Below are positions 1 through 12,100 of a stretch of 64,000 nucleotides of DNA, one piece after another. Source of the DNA: Phoronis australis (taxonomy: Eukaryota; Animalia; Phoronida). The position numbers were made by a program, and so were the translations under genes. How positions within the stretch are numbered: the first letter of the stretch is position 1; every line of letters starts with the position of its first letter. The stretch covers positions 1,263,924 through 1,327,923 of the forward strand of contig NMRA01000043.1 in NCBI GenBank assembly GCA_002633005.1, read 5' to 3'. The notes beneath the pieces are model-generated. The model worked only from the letters and a program-made list of their open reading frames with translations. It was not told the origin of the DNA and searched no databases.

Positions 1-187
1 ATTTGATTGTACTGTAGTTGTTAGTGCAGATTGAACTGTTAACATTGATTGAGAAGGAGAGTGTGGTCCACAACAGTTACAAAGTTTGCGTTAGTCAATT
101 CATGTACAGGCATGCTTTAGATAGTGGTTCCCAATTTGTGCTTGTCTATTCTAGACAACGGTTCACAATTTTGTTGTGTATTTTCAG

Positions 188-3100
188 ACAGAGACTGTGG
201 GCATGGCTTCAGATACGCGGGAATCCATAAAGAGGCTCGTCAAACAATACATGGAGAATCCCAACGCCATAATCCTCTGTATTCAGGGTAGGCTGTGGTT
301 ATACAGTTTCACTGCTGAATTTCTAAGTTACTTGTGTTATCGCACAAAGAGGAAGCAGTTTAGCCTGCTGAGACAAGTGTCGGCTTTCTTTACTGAAGGT
401 CATGGGTTCGAGCCCACTGAAGCGCACTATTAGACCCTTGAGTTAGGTCTCTAGCTGCTCGGCTTGGTTTTAACTATATATTGATAACGCATAAAAATGG
501 TTTCCGGTGATCAGTGCAATGGGCCCACGTCTGGCACAACGTGCGCCAGACCGCCTGCTGTTAATTTTTTATTGCTTAGCTCAAGGAATTGGTTATAGTG
601 CACTCACTCCTGCAGTGGCCTCTATATCTTTATCTGACCGATGTATGCGACCAGCTTAATGTGATGAATGTCATGATTACGTGTGTCTGGCAGTTACAAA
701 GTGGTTCCCTCTAGAGCTCACAACCTGTTGTTTGGGAAATATCATTGTGTGTGTGGACCATGTAAGATACTAGTTCTTTTATTGTTTTATCTCTTCTCTA
801 ACTGGTATGTTTGATCTTTTATAATTATTTGTTGGCACTTGATAACTAACTAAGTTTCAATTACCTTTAATACCAACCTCCAAATTATTGTCATCTGGAA
901 GTGAAGTATGCCTGTGATGAATGTGGAACACTGGTCTCTTAACTTTACATCACTGCACTTACTACACGCTGTTGACATGATTACCCATCCTGCTTTGCAG
1001 ATGGTTCATTGGATGCTGAGCGAAGTAATGTGACTGATATTGTCAGCTCCATGGACCAGCAGGGCAAGAGGACTATATTTGTACTCACTAAAGTGGATCT
1101 GGCTGAGAAAACACTGTGCAATCCTGACAGAGTAAGAGTTGTACAATCATCAGTTTTCATGATCACGCGTGTCTCACTGCTTGTAAATCCGTCTGTTTTC
1201 GGTCCACATTTAACATAAAATTTGTTGAAAAGAGCTTTGCTAAGCAGTGTAAAGCTGTTGATGTATTCTGCTGTGCTGTTACAATCACGCACATGTAGTG
1301 GTTCCAAGCAGGCGAGAAATAATGCATAATCTTGTTATTCCATGATGGAGTTGGCTTTGTGGTGTAAATAGCCTTTCTCATACTATGGTCTGATATTCAA
1401 CACCTGGCCGTTGTAGATCAAACAGATTCTGGAAGGTCGACTGTTTCCCATGAAGGCCCTGGGATACTTCGCTGTGGTTACCGGCCGTGGTAACACTAAC
1501 GACAGTATACAGAGTATCAAGGAGTATGAAGAAATGTTCTTCAGGGAGTCACAGTTCTTCAAGTGAGTATTCTCGACTGCTTAACAGTCCTGTTATTAAG
1601 TCTAGCTGATTATACCAGGGAGTCACAGCTCTCTAAGTGAGTAGTCAATACATGCAGTGCACTTGCTCTCAACTTGTTCATTGTCTAGGTTAGAGAGGAT
1701 TTCTGTATCATTCTATAACATGGCGTTGTAGTCATTTAGAGATGAGGAAAATGGTTTTAAAAATAAGAATTGAACACCATGGTGTAAGTCACACCATACC
1801 ATGTCCACAATTCTTGCCTTGATTTAAAACTACCAGATCCGTTTCTAAATATTATTGTTATTCTTTCTCAACAGGACAATGTCCTTACACTAACTCATTA
1901 ATAACTTTTATCCTTTCCTTAAGGGACGGAGTCCTTAAACCAACTCAGATGACAACACAAAATCTCAGCATGGCTGTCTCCGACCGATTCTGGAAAATGG
2001 TGCGTGAGTCTGTTGAACAACAAGCCGATGCATTTAAAGGTGAGTTTCATGACATATGTTGCTGAGTTAAGTGTATGTTATAAATGTAAATTGCTGAGTT
2101 AAAGGGATGTTGCCGAGTTATTAAGTGAATATTGCTGAGTCACATGTAATGTTGCTAGGTTACATGTATGTTGCTAGGTTACATGTATGTCATCACGTTT
2201 CATGTATGTTGCTGAGTTCTCTGTTGTTATTCTTTGTGACTGTGCACTTTAGTGCAAAAATGTATTTATAAACTAGGTTACTTACCTTGAGTAATAGTGG
2301 TATAATTTTTTCCACTTGTCTGAGTTAAAAAAGGAAATTTTAATTTTCAAAAATTGTCTTCCTGTGAACACTCACAAAAGGTTTCTTAAATCTTTTGCTT
2401 GCTATTTGTAGTAGCAGAATGAGTGCAAATAAGTCATCCCCTTCTCATAACAAATGGAGCATATTTTAGATTTTATTTTGTATTGTGTGTTGCCTGGGTC
2501 AGAAAGTGTGAACATGGTGGTTGCTAGGTAACATAATACACTCTGACTGTAACATTTTATTTTGTCAGTGAACTTGTTTTCAACTACACAATCATGTGCA
2601 CTGTGTTACTTTCACTGTGAAAATATCTCATTCTGTTTATTCTAGCAACGAGGTTCAACTTGGAAACGGAATGGAAGAACACATACCCTACCCAGAGAGA
2701 GCTTGACAGGGTATGATATGGCCACTCATTATTCATTCTAGTACCTAGTGTTTACAGTTTGTGGTTAATACTGTTCTGAAGTTAGTTGCTAATCGTCATG
2801 CCAACTTGACTCTTCTGATGAATGTCCTGGGCAGAATGCACTTTGTTTAGCTATGGATTGTGCAAAATGTCTTGCAATCTTGTAAGCATGCTTTGTCATT
2901 TGGAACTGCAAACGTTTGGTCTTCATTCTTTGTCCTATCTTATACCAGCTTGTACTTATACTACCTTTCTCATACTTATGTAGGTCGCATGTCATGTGTA
3001 GGTGGCATGTCATATGTAGGTCGCATGTCATATGTAGGTCCCTTGTCATATGTAGGTCGCATGTCATATGTAGGTTGCTTGTCGTATGTAGGTCGCATGT

Positions 3101-6100
3101 CATATGTAGGTTGCATGTCATATGTAGGTCGCATGTCATATGTAGGTCGCATGTCATATGTAGGTCGCATGTCATATGTNGAGGACTATATTTGTACTCA
3201 CTAAAGTGGATCTGGCTGAGAAAACACTGTGCAATCCTGACAGAGTAAGAGTTGTACAATCATCAGTTTTCATGATCACGCATGTCTCACTGCTTATAAA
3301 TCCGTCTGTTTTCGGTCCACATTTAACATAAAATTTGTTGAAAAGAGCTTTGCTAAGCAGTGTAAAGCTGTTGATGTATTCTGCTGTGCTGTTACAATCA
3401 CGCACATGTAGTGGTTCCAAGCAGGTGAGAAATAATGCATAATCTTGTTATTCCATGATGGAGTTGGCTTTGTGGTGTAAATAGCCTTTCTCATACTATG
3501 GTCTGATATTCAACACCTGGCCGTTGTAGATCAAACAGATTCTGGAAGGTCGACTTTTTCCCATGAAGGCCCTGGGATACTTCGCCGTGGTTACCGGCCG
3601 TGGTAACACTAACGACAGTATACAGAGTATCAAGGAGTATGAAGAAATGTTCTTCAGGGAGTCACAGTTTTTCAAGTGAGTATTCACGACTGCTAAACAG
3701 TCCTGCTATTAGGTCTAGCTGATTATACCAGGGAGTCACAGCTTTCTAAGTGAGTAGTCAATACATGTAGTGCTCTTGCTCTCACCTTGTTCGTTGTCTA
3801 GGTTAGAGAGGATCTCTGTATCATGGCTATGTAGTCATTTAGAGATGAGGAAAAATGGTTTTAAAAATAAGAAGTGAACACCATGATGTTAATCCATAAC
3901 ATGTCCATAAAATAATTCTTGCCTTGATTTAAAACTACCAGATCTGTTTCAAAATAGTTATCCTTTCTCAAGAGGACAGTATTCTTACGCCAACTCATTG
4001 ATAACTTGTATCATTTCCTTAAGGGACGGAGTCCTTAAACCAACTCAGATGACAACACAAAATCTCAGCATGGCTGTCTCCGACCGATTCTGGAAAATGG
4101 TGCGTGAGTCTGTTGAACAACAAGCCGATGCATTTAAAGGTGAGTTACATGACATATGTTGCTGAGTTAAGTGTATGTTATAAATGTAAATTGCTGAGTT
4201 AAAGGGATGTTGCCAAGTTATTAAGTGTATATTGCTGAGTCACATGTAATGTTGCTAGGTTACATGTATGTCATCAAGTTTCATGTATGTTGCTGAGTTC
4301 TCTGTTGTTAATCTTCGTGACGGTGCACTTTAGTGCAAAAACTTATTTATTAACTAGGTTATACTTACCTTGAGTAATAGTGGTATAATTTTTTTCACTT
4401 GTTTGAGTTAAAAAAGGAAATTTTAATTTTCAAAAATTGTCTTCCTGTGGACACTCACAAAGGGTTTTTAAAATCTTTTGCTTGCTATTTGTAGTAGCAG
4501 AATGAGTTTAAATAAGTCATCCCATTCTCATAACAAATGGAGCATATTTTAGATTTTATTTTGCATTGTGTGTTGCCTGGGTCAGAAAGTGTGGACATGG
4601 TGGTTGCTAGGTAACATAATACACTTTGATTTTAACACTTTATTTTGTCAGTGAACTTGTTTCCAGCTACACTTGTGCACTGTGTTGCTTTCACAGTGAA
4701 AATATCTCATTCTGTTTATTCTAGCAACGAGGTTCAACTTGGAAACTGAATGGAAGAACACATACCCTACCCAGAGAGAACTTGACAGGGTATGATATGT
4801 CCACTCATTATTCATTCTAGTACAAAGTGTTTACAGTTTGTGGTTAATACTGTTCTGAAGTTGGTTGCTAATCGTCATGCCAACTTGACTCTTCTGATGA
4901 ATGTCCTTGGCAGAATGCACTTTGTTTAGCTATGGATTGTGCAAAATGTCTTGCAATCTTGTAAGCATGCTTTGTCATTTGGAACTTCAAATGTTTGGTC
5001 TTCATTCTTTGTCCTATCTTATACCAGCTTGTACTTATACTACCTTTCTCATAATTATGTAGGTCCCATGTCATATGTAGGTCCCATGTCATATGTAGGT
5101 CGCATGTCATATGTAGGTCCCATGTCATATGTAGGTCCTATGTCATATGTTGGCCACATGTCGACTTTGTGTACATATACCACGTCTAAGCAATGCAATA
5201 TCTCCTTATCTAGGATGAATTGTTTGAGAAGTGTAGAGGAGAAGTTCTGGATGAGGTCATTAACCTGAGTCAAGTCACACCACAAGAATGGTGAGTTTTA
5301 TTATCAAAGTTCTGTAAGGTTGTCAGAGATTCTTTGTAACTGCTTGACCAATAAACATTGACCGTTTGCATGTATTGCATTATGTATTGCAGCACATTTT
5401 GTGTCTCAAGAATTTCTATTGTAATTCAGCTATCTACAATTCTTTAAGGAATCGTTGGCTTGTCTTGAGAGAGAATGGAATTTGTAGAGAGGGTGTGGGT
5501 GAGGTAGGAGAGGAGAGAGAGTTGCCCCTGTGATTCGGTGTTACCCTTAAGTATAGGATTTGATTAATTATGATGCTTGTACCTTGTTTTAACCACTCCG
5601 TTCATTGTTTGTTAGGGAGGAGATATTTAACAAAAAACTATGGGAGAAGATGTCTACGTATGTGTTTGAGAGTATCTACTTACCAGCGGCTCAGTCTGAT
5701 AATGTCGGGTAAGTAATGGGTTTGAGAGTATATACCTACCAGTTACTCAGTATGGTAATGTCGGTTAAGTATGTGTTTGAGAGTAACTCTCTACTTGCCT
5801 GCTGCTCAGCCCGATAATGTTGGGTACGTAATGGATTTGAGGGTAGTTACTCAATATGGTGATGTCAGGTAGATATGTGTTTGAGAGTATATACCTACCA
5901 GTTAGTCAATGCAGCTGCAATGTTGGGTAAGTGATACTATGTGTTTGAGAGTAGGTCACTTACTCCCACAAGTCTGTGTGACAAGCTCAAATCAGAGAGA
6001 GAGAGAGAGTCATTTTCTCCATAGTTCATGTGCTCCAACGATGAATGTTTATACGACGCATTCTGTGGATGTATGTTTAATTCAGGTAAAACTGTTTAGT

Positions 6101-9100
6101 GTAGTCCAGTCCATGTTGTATGTTTCAAGAACGAAACAACCAGCCTTATTTATTTCATGTTTTTCAGTGTTTTCAATACTCAAGTTGACATAAAGCTAAA
6201 GCAATGGGCAGACAAGTTACTACCAAAAAAGTGTGTTGAGGTATGTGCAACAAGAATTATTCAGTGTGTTGCCGTATGAGAGACAAGAACTATTCAATTT
6301 GTTGCCATGTACACTTGGCTTTTATTTCTTAAACAAGGCTGAATATCTTTCAAATGTGTTCAGATTAATAGTATTACTAATAATAAATATTTTTAAAGTA
6401 AGTTTAAGAAATATCCTCTCATCAAAATTTCATGGCAAAGTTTTTGTTGTTTTTTGTGATAAATTTTGTTCAATATCTTTCCCTACTTTGTTCATAATTC
6501 ACTCTTAGCTTGATAGATTTCAACAAAGATCGCCAATTATGCTGACCAGTTAACTGTTTGCTCAGCCCTTCTGTTCAAATGTAGTAAGACACAAAAGCTA
6601 AATGACCCAACAAAATTTTGTAAACATGTTTGACTAATAATTTTGGTGGTGTTCTATTCCTCGTTGTGATCAGGTGGGTGTAGAGACCTTGAAAGAGGAG
6701 TTCACAGGCTTCGTGGAGGGATGCAAGAATAAAAACAACAACGCCAGTGGGGATGACGGTATTTTGGGTGACTTGAAGAAAGCAGTGAAAGATGAGACCT
6801 TCAAGGCATTGGAGTGGGACGATAAGGCTGAGGACAGTTTGGTATGGGCAAAGCTGAAGTATATTAGGTGTTAATTAAGAAATCAAAAATATAATTCTAG
6901 AAGAGTCCAAGTAAGTGTGCATTTCAAAATGCGTTAGACGTTATTAGGATCTGCTTCGAAGAACAGCGAGGACTGACTGTGCTTTCTGTTGTGTTGCATG
7001 AGATCATTATTTTAGATGTACAGTTGACAAAACGTGACCTGGATTTAGCGTGTTTGATTCTGAATGGACGCAGTAGTCTAAATAATGTTATGACACAATT
7101 GTGTCTTGTTCTACTCTCATTACATTTAGTAGACTCCAGTCTAAGTGTAGTTATGATACAATCATGTATTATTTCTACACCCAATTACATTGAATAGACT
7201 CAGTCGTCTGAACAGTGATGTGTTACAATCATGTATTGTTGGCAGCTCTACATCCATTACATTGAGTGGACACAGTAGTCTAGATAGAGTTTTGATACAG
7301 TCATGTCGTGTTCTGCATTCCTCACCCAGCGCTATATTTTAATATAATCAGTCACCTATTTCTGAGTACTATCTTGTTGTAATACAGCGAGTCATCCAGT
7401 TGAACGCCCTTGAGGACAGAGCAGTGCATGATAAACAGCAGTGGGATAGTGCCATACAGTTCATGGAGAAGTCATTGAGACAGAAACTGGAAACAAGTGA
7501 GTAAAATTTCACCTAAGGAAACAATGTGGTAGAACTGTGAAATTTTATTCTTCAAATATCGGAACAGGAATAAGTTCTAGGATGACTGTTTTGCAACAGT
7601 TTGAATTGTTCGTATTTCATTGACTTTGTGAGATTTTGGAAAGTTAGTGTAAATATGATAATGTCAAATGTTGCAGCCAGATGCCTTGTTCACAGTAGGC
7701 CTAAAAGGTCCTGCAACGAATATTGTTAATATTAAATAAAACATTCTTTTCTTGTGAGTTATGTGATGGTCTTGCTTTCAGCCAATGGGCTGACAGAAGA
7801 GATGTTTGGCCCGGAGACATGGGATCAATGGGTTTATTGGAAGAGCAAGACACCTGAACAGAAGTTGAGATGTGCAGCCAGGGTGGAACTGGAGAAACTA
7901 CTCAAGACTGACCAGGTAAGACACTGCTTCTGGTGTGACTACCTGACCAGTTCTTCAACTATCATTACCTGATCAGTATGTCGAGTATGACTACCTGACC
8001 AGATCTTTAGGTATGGCTATCTGACCAGTTCTTTAGGTATGACTGCCTGACCAGTTCTTCAGGTATGACTGCCTGACCAGTTCTTCATATATGGCTATCA
8101 GACCAGTTCTTCAGGTATGACTGCTTGACCAGTTCTACAGGTATGACTGCCTGACCAGTTATTCGGATATGACTACATGTATTGACCAGTTCTTCTTTTT
8201 TTTTTAATGCATTTATTTACCCAGAAAGCATATCATTAATGAATAGTAGATACGGCTGGGGTTGGGTAGCCCCAACTACGTATCTTTACAACTTACTAGA
8301 GTATAATACATCATCTTAATTAAACAAATAAGTATCTGGAAATTACCCCTAATGATTGGGCGAATAATTAGCCAAGAATAATATGAAAGGGGGGGAAACG
8401 GGAAGGGGAAGGAATTTCATACACTCATTCACACTCACATTCACAGGATTTAATTAAATTAACTTATGTTTACATTTACGTAGGTGCATATTTATGAAAA
8501 GGTCAATTTTCTTATAATACAACAGAAGTGGTTAAAAAAAATAACACCATATATTGTTATTGACTAGTTCTTCAGTTTGTAGTTTTGTGACACTGACATC
8601 GCTGAACATATCTCGTGAATTTGACTGTAGATTCTTCTAGTAATTTAAATTTTGGACTAAGTTGCCATGGAGACTTTTCTGTAAACAAAACTAAACAGAA
8701 CAAGGAAATGTATGTTGGAGTCATGTTGTTTATTTGTTGATAGAATCACAAACCTTACCTGCCTCAAGACGAGATCACAATGGTGAAGAAGAACTTGCAG
8801 CAACAGAAGATTAAAGTGGACGATGCAACGGTAAGAGCAGTAATCTGATTGGTTGGTAATAGCAGTAATCTGATTGGTTGGTTATAACATTGATCTGATT
8901 TGTCGGTAGTAGTAGTAGTGAACTGTTTGCTTAATGATAAAAAGGATTCAATTAAATGGTTTCGTTCAACATGGACTGGTCTTTTTGTTTTGTTGAACCG
9001 CTTACAGACAACGGACATTGTTGATTAAAACATGATCAATCTCAACAACCTGGTACACGGTTTTGTTACATTCTCAACAGTGATGTATCATCAGAGTTCT

Positions 9101-12100
9101 TTAGTTAGTTATTCCTGTTCCTCCTTCAGCGTTGTTACTGTACCTCAGTCTCAAGTCCCTGTTTTTGCTGTATTGTTTTGATTGTTTTTCTTGAATTATT
9201 TTGACTAATTAATAGGACCAGTATCACGTGACCCTCTTTATGAGCATTGTAGTGTTTTTAAATCCCAAAGCACTTGTGAAAGAAATCAACTTTGACAGCT
9301 AAACAGCTTCAGTTTTAAAAGTTTGTTTTTGTTCTGATTACAGTTGGAGGAGACGTGGCATCAACTATATAGAAAACACTTTTTTGAGAAATCGCTGCAG
9401 ACGGCCCAGTTGTGTAAGAAGGGGTTCTTCTACTACCAACAAGGATTTGTGGATTCAGGGGTAATACGTTATACCACCATATGCTTGTGCTCTTCTTTAT
9501 AAAACGTTAGTCGTATTTATGTAACGCATCTCACGCCTTTTTTGTTAGTCGGTGTCCACTCATCTTTCTTATCACTGCCGACATCGTTTTCTGAGTTGCG
9601 CTGTTCTTGGATAATACATTTGCAGTCTATGTATGTATGTACGTTTCGCAATAATTCTAAAAGTAACTGTTTGATTTGAATATTAATTTAATTGACTTGC
9701 ATCTCATTCCTTGTTGTACTCTCTGCCAGGCAGTGCCATCTGGTGACGCATCATCAATGGTAAATTTTAATTTCTCATTTGTTTTGGCAAGCAGGGTATA
9801 ATTTAACTCACTGCCATGTGCGCTTAGTTAAGTGCTATCTTGAACTAGAAAACCTTCAAAACTGAGAGGGACGCATGATGTACAGTAATGCATAAATTTT
9901 GTAAAACTGCTTTCACTTACTTTTTAACCTCAGTTTTACAAGCTTATAAATTTAGTTACTCCTTATGTACGCTGACATTTTACTTTTTGTTCGTCTGTTG
10001 AAAATTTGATATCGCTAAACAGTTAGTCCTCAAATATTTTGTCAAATGGGCAATGCTCAAATTTCCAGGGGATATCTTCAGACATTTGATTGACGGTTCA
10101 CCTTGCTGGCTGCTGGCCACCATTTGCCATTCTCCAGATGTCTGAGTGGTCATCATTTGCCTGAAGATATCATGGTGACCACCACTTGACACCCTCCAGA
10201 TGTCTGAGTGGTCATCATTTGCCTGAAGATATCATGGTGACCACCACTAGACACCCTCCAGGTGTCTGAGTGGTCATCATTTGCCTGAAGATATCATGGT
10301 GACCACCACTTGACACCCTCCAGATGTCTGAGTGGTCATCATTTGCCTGAAGATATCATGGTGACCACCACTTGCCATTCTCCAGATGTCTGAGTGGTCA
10401 TCATTTGCCTGAAGATATCATGGTGACCACCACTTGACACCCTCCAGGTGTGCGAATGCCGCCTCGTTGCTGCCCATTTTACAAAATTTTTGTGAACTGT
10501 ACAGATTGCGAACTGGAATTTTTGTTCATTTTACTCAGAGTGCACTGTCTGGTTGTCCTTGGCAACAAGCACCTGTTGCTTACTCTATTAACTAAACATG
10601 AAAAATAACACAAAATTCATTTTCGGATGTGATGGCTACATAGTAATGGCTTGTGTTCTGTTTGACATTTTACCCTCTACTCAAGAAGTTCTATACTAAC
10701 ATGAGGCATGATATCTTCTACTGCAGCTGCTAAATGGTGTTTACTAACATGCATAGACATACCAAGAGGGTGGAACATTTGGCATTGTCCCTCAGATTTG
10801 GATAAAGTGGTGACATTTTAGTCCCAATAATGAAATCTTTGGGCAGGTCCATCATTTGCACCCTGTGAAATCCAAATACCTCTGGGCTTTCAAAGTCTGC
10901 AGTACTAACATTAACCCTGTCTTATTTAAATTCTATGGTACTACCATTAGCAGTGGTTTCTAAACATTATTTAATGATCCAGCAGTTAGATCGTTAATTT
11001 ATTCATCTTTTGAAAAATCAGCTTAAAGAAATTTTCTAAGAATTACCACAACGTGCATGCCATCATAATGAAATCATCTATCTATGCTGACAATTCATAA
11101 TTGGGTATACAGAAATAGCATATAAATGGGTTGTGGTCTGTGGATTTTTTGTTTTATGGTTTAAAAGGAAAAAGTCACCTGAGACCAGCCAATGTAGGCC
11201 GGGATCCATCGTTTTCTTCCGCAGCTGCAAACGTGCTATTTGTTCGCCAATGTGAGAAGAGGGAATTACTCACTATTCCAAAACTAGCGCTGTTTAGAAT
11301 GACCAGGTCCACCGTTAATTAGTGTCTCTCATGTTTCTCTAGGTGGCAGCATGGGTCATCTGTGGCAGGTAACTCCGTGATAAAACTTTGTTCAACTTTT
11401 TATTTCAGATGGAGTGCAATGCGGTGGTGTTGTTCTTCCGTATTCAAAGAATGCTTCAAATCACCAGTAATGCCCTGAGACAACAAGTGATGAATAATGA
11501 AGGTAATTTCAATTTTAAGATGTGGTTGTCTGCTTATTTTGAGGTAGTCTTCTGTCAAGGTAGTCATTTATATTGAAGTAGTTGTATCTGTACGTAGTTT
11601 GGAACTATTCTGTACATGTGACAGTCTCATAGTTTTTAATGCATGCAACCCAAATCGGAGCTATATGTGATGTTTTAAAATGTTGTTTAAGTGGACATGA
11701 CCCAGATTAGAGCAAAATATGCCAAGTTTAAATGAATTCAATGTTTTATTATCAAGTAGATGGGATTCAGATCAGAGCAATTGTTTTTGAAGCCCTATAT
11801 TCGCTTTCTTCGTCATGAATTTCTCTGTCCAGACGAAGTTTTAGCTCCTTTGTGCTAGCAGCTATCACTCTCATTTCATCGAGTCTCATTGTCAACATTT
11901 GTAAGTGTTTTGTTTGTGGGAATTGCAGCAAGGAGACTAGAACGTATAATCAAGGAAGTGTTGGATGACGTCGCTGATGACAAACAGAAGTTGAAGGGGC
12001 TCCTAAAGGGGAGGAGGGTGGAACTAGCAGAGGAACTGAGTGAGTACACTTCAGAAAGTAAAAAATTAATGCTCTTCCAGTTAACAACACGTCAGATGAG

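Noticed and set aside
375-450. tRNA gene (GGTTCGAGCCC B-box); similar fragment near 14060-14110
   Set aside because: No acceptor stem or cloverleaf could be built; at most a decayed tRNA-derived SINE head.
2789-3259. Repetitive ORFs (HMTCDL / SYVGRM / MRPTYD)n, also at 4868-5285
   Set aside because: Translations of an intronic 18-bp minisatellite that is open in several frames; not genes.
10126-10449. CRISPR-like regular repeats (also the 92-bp and 31-bp arrays)
   Set aside because: Units are head-to-tail with no unique spacers, there are no cas genes, and the context is eukaryotic.
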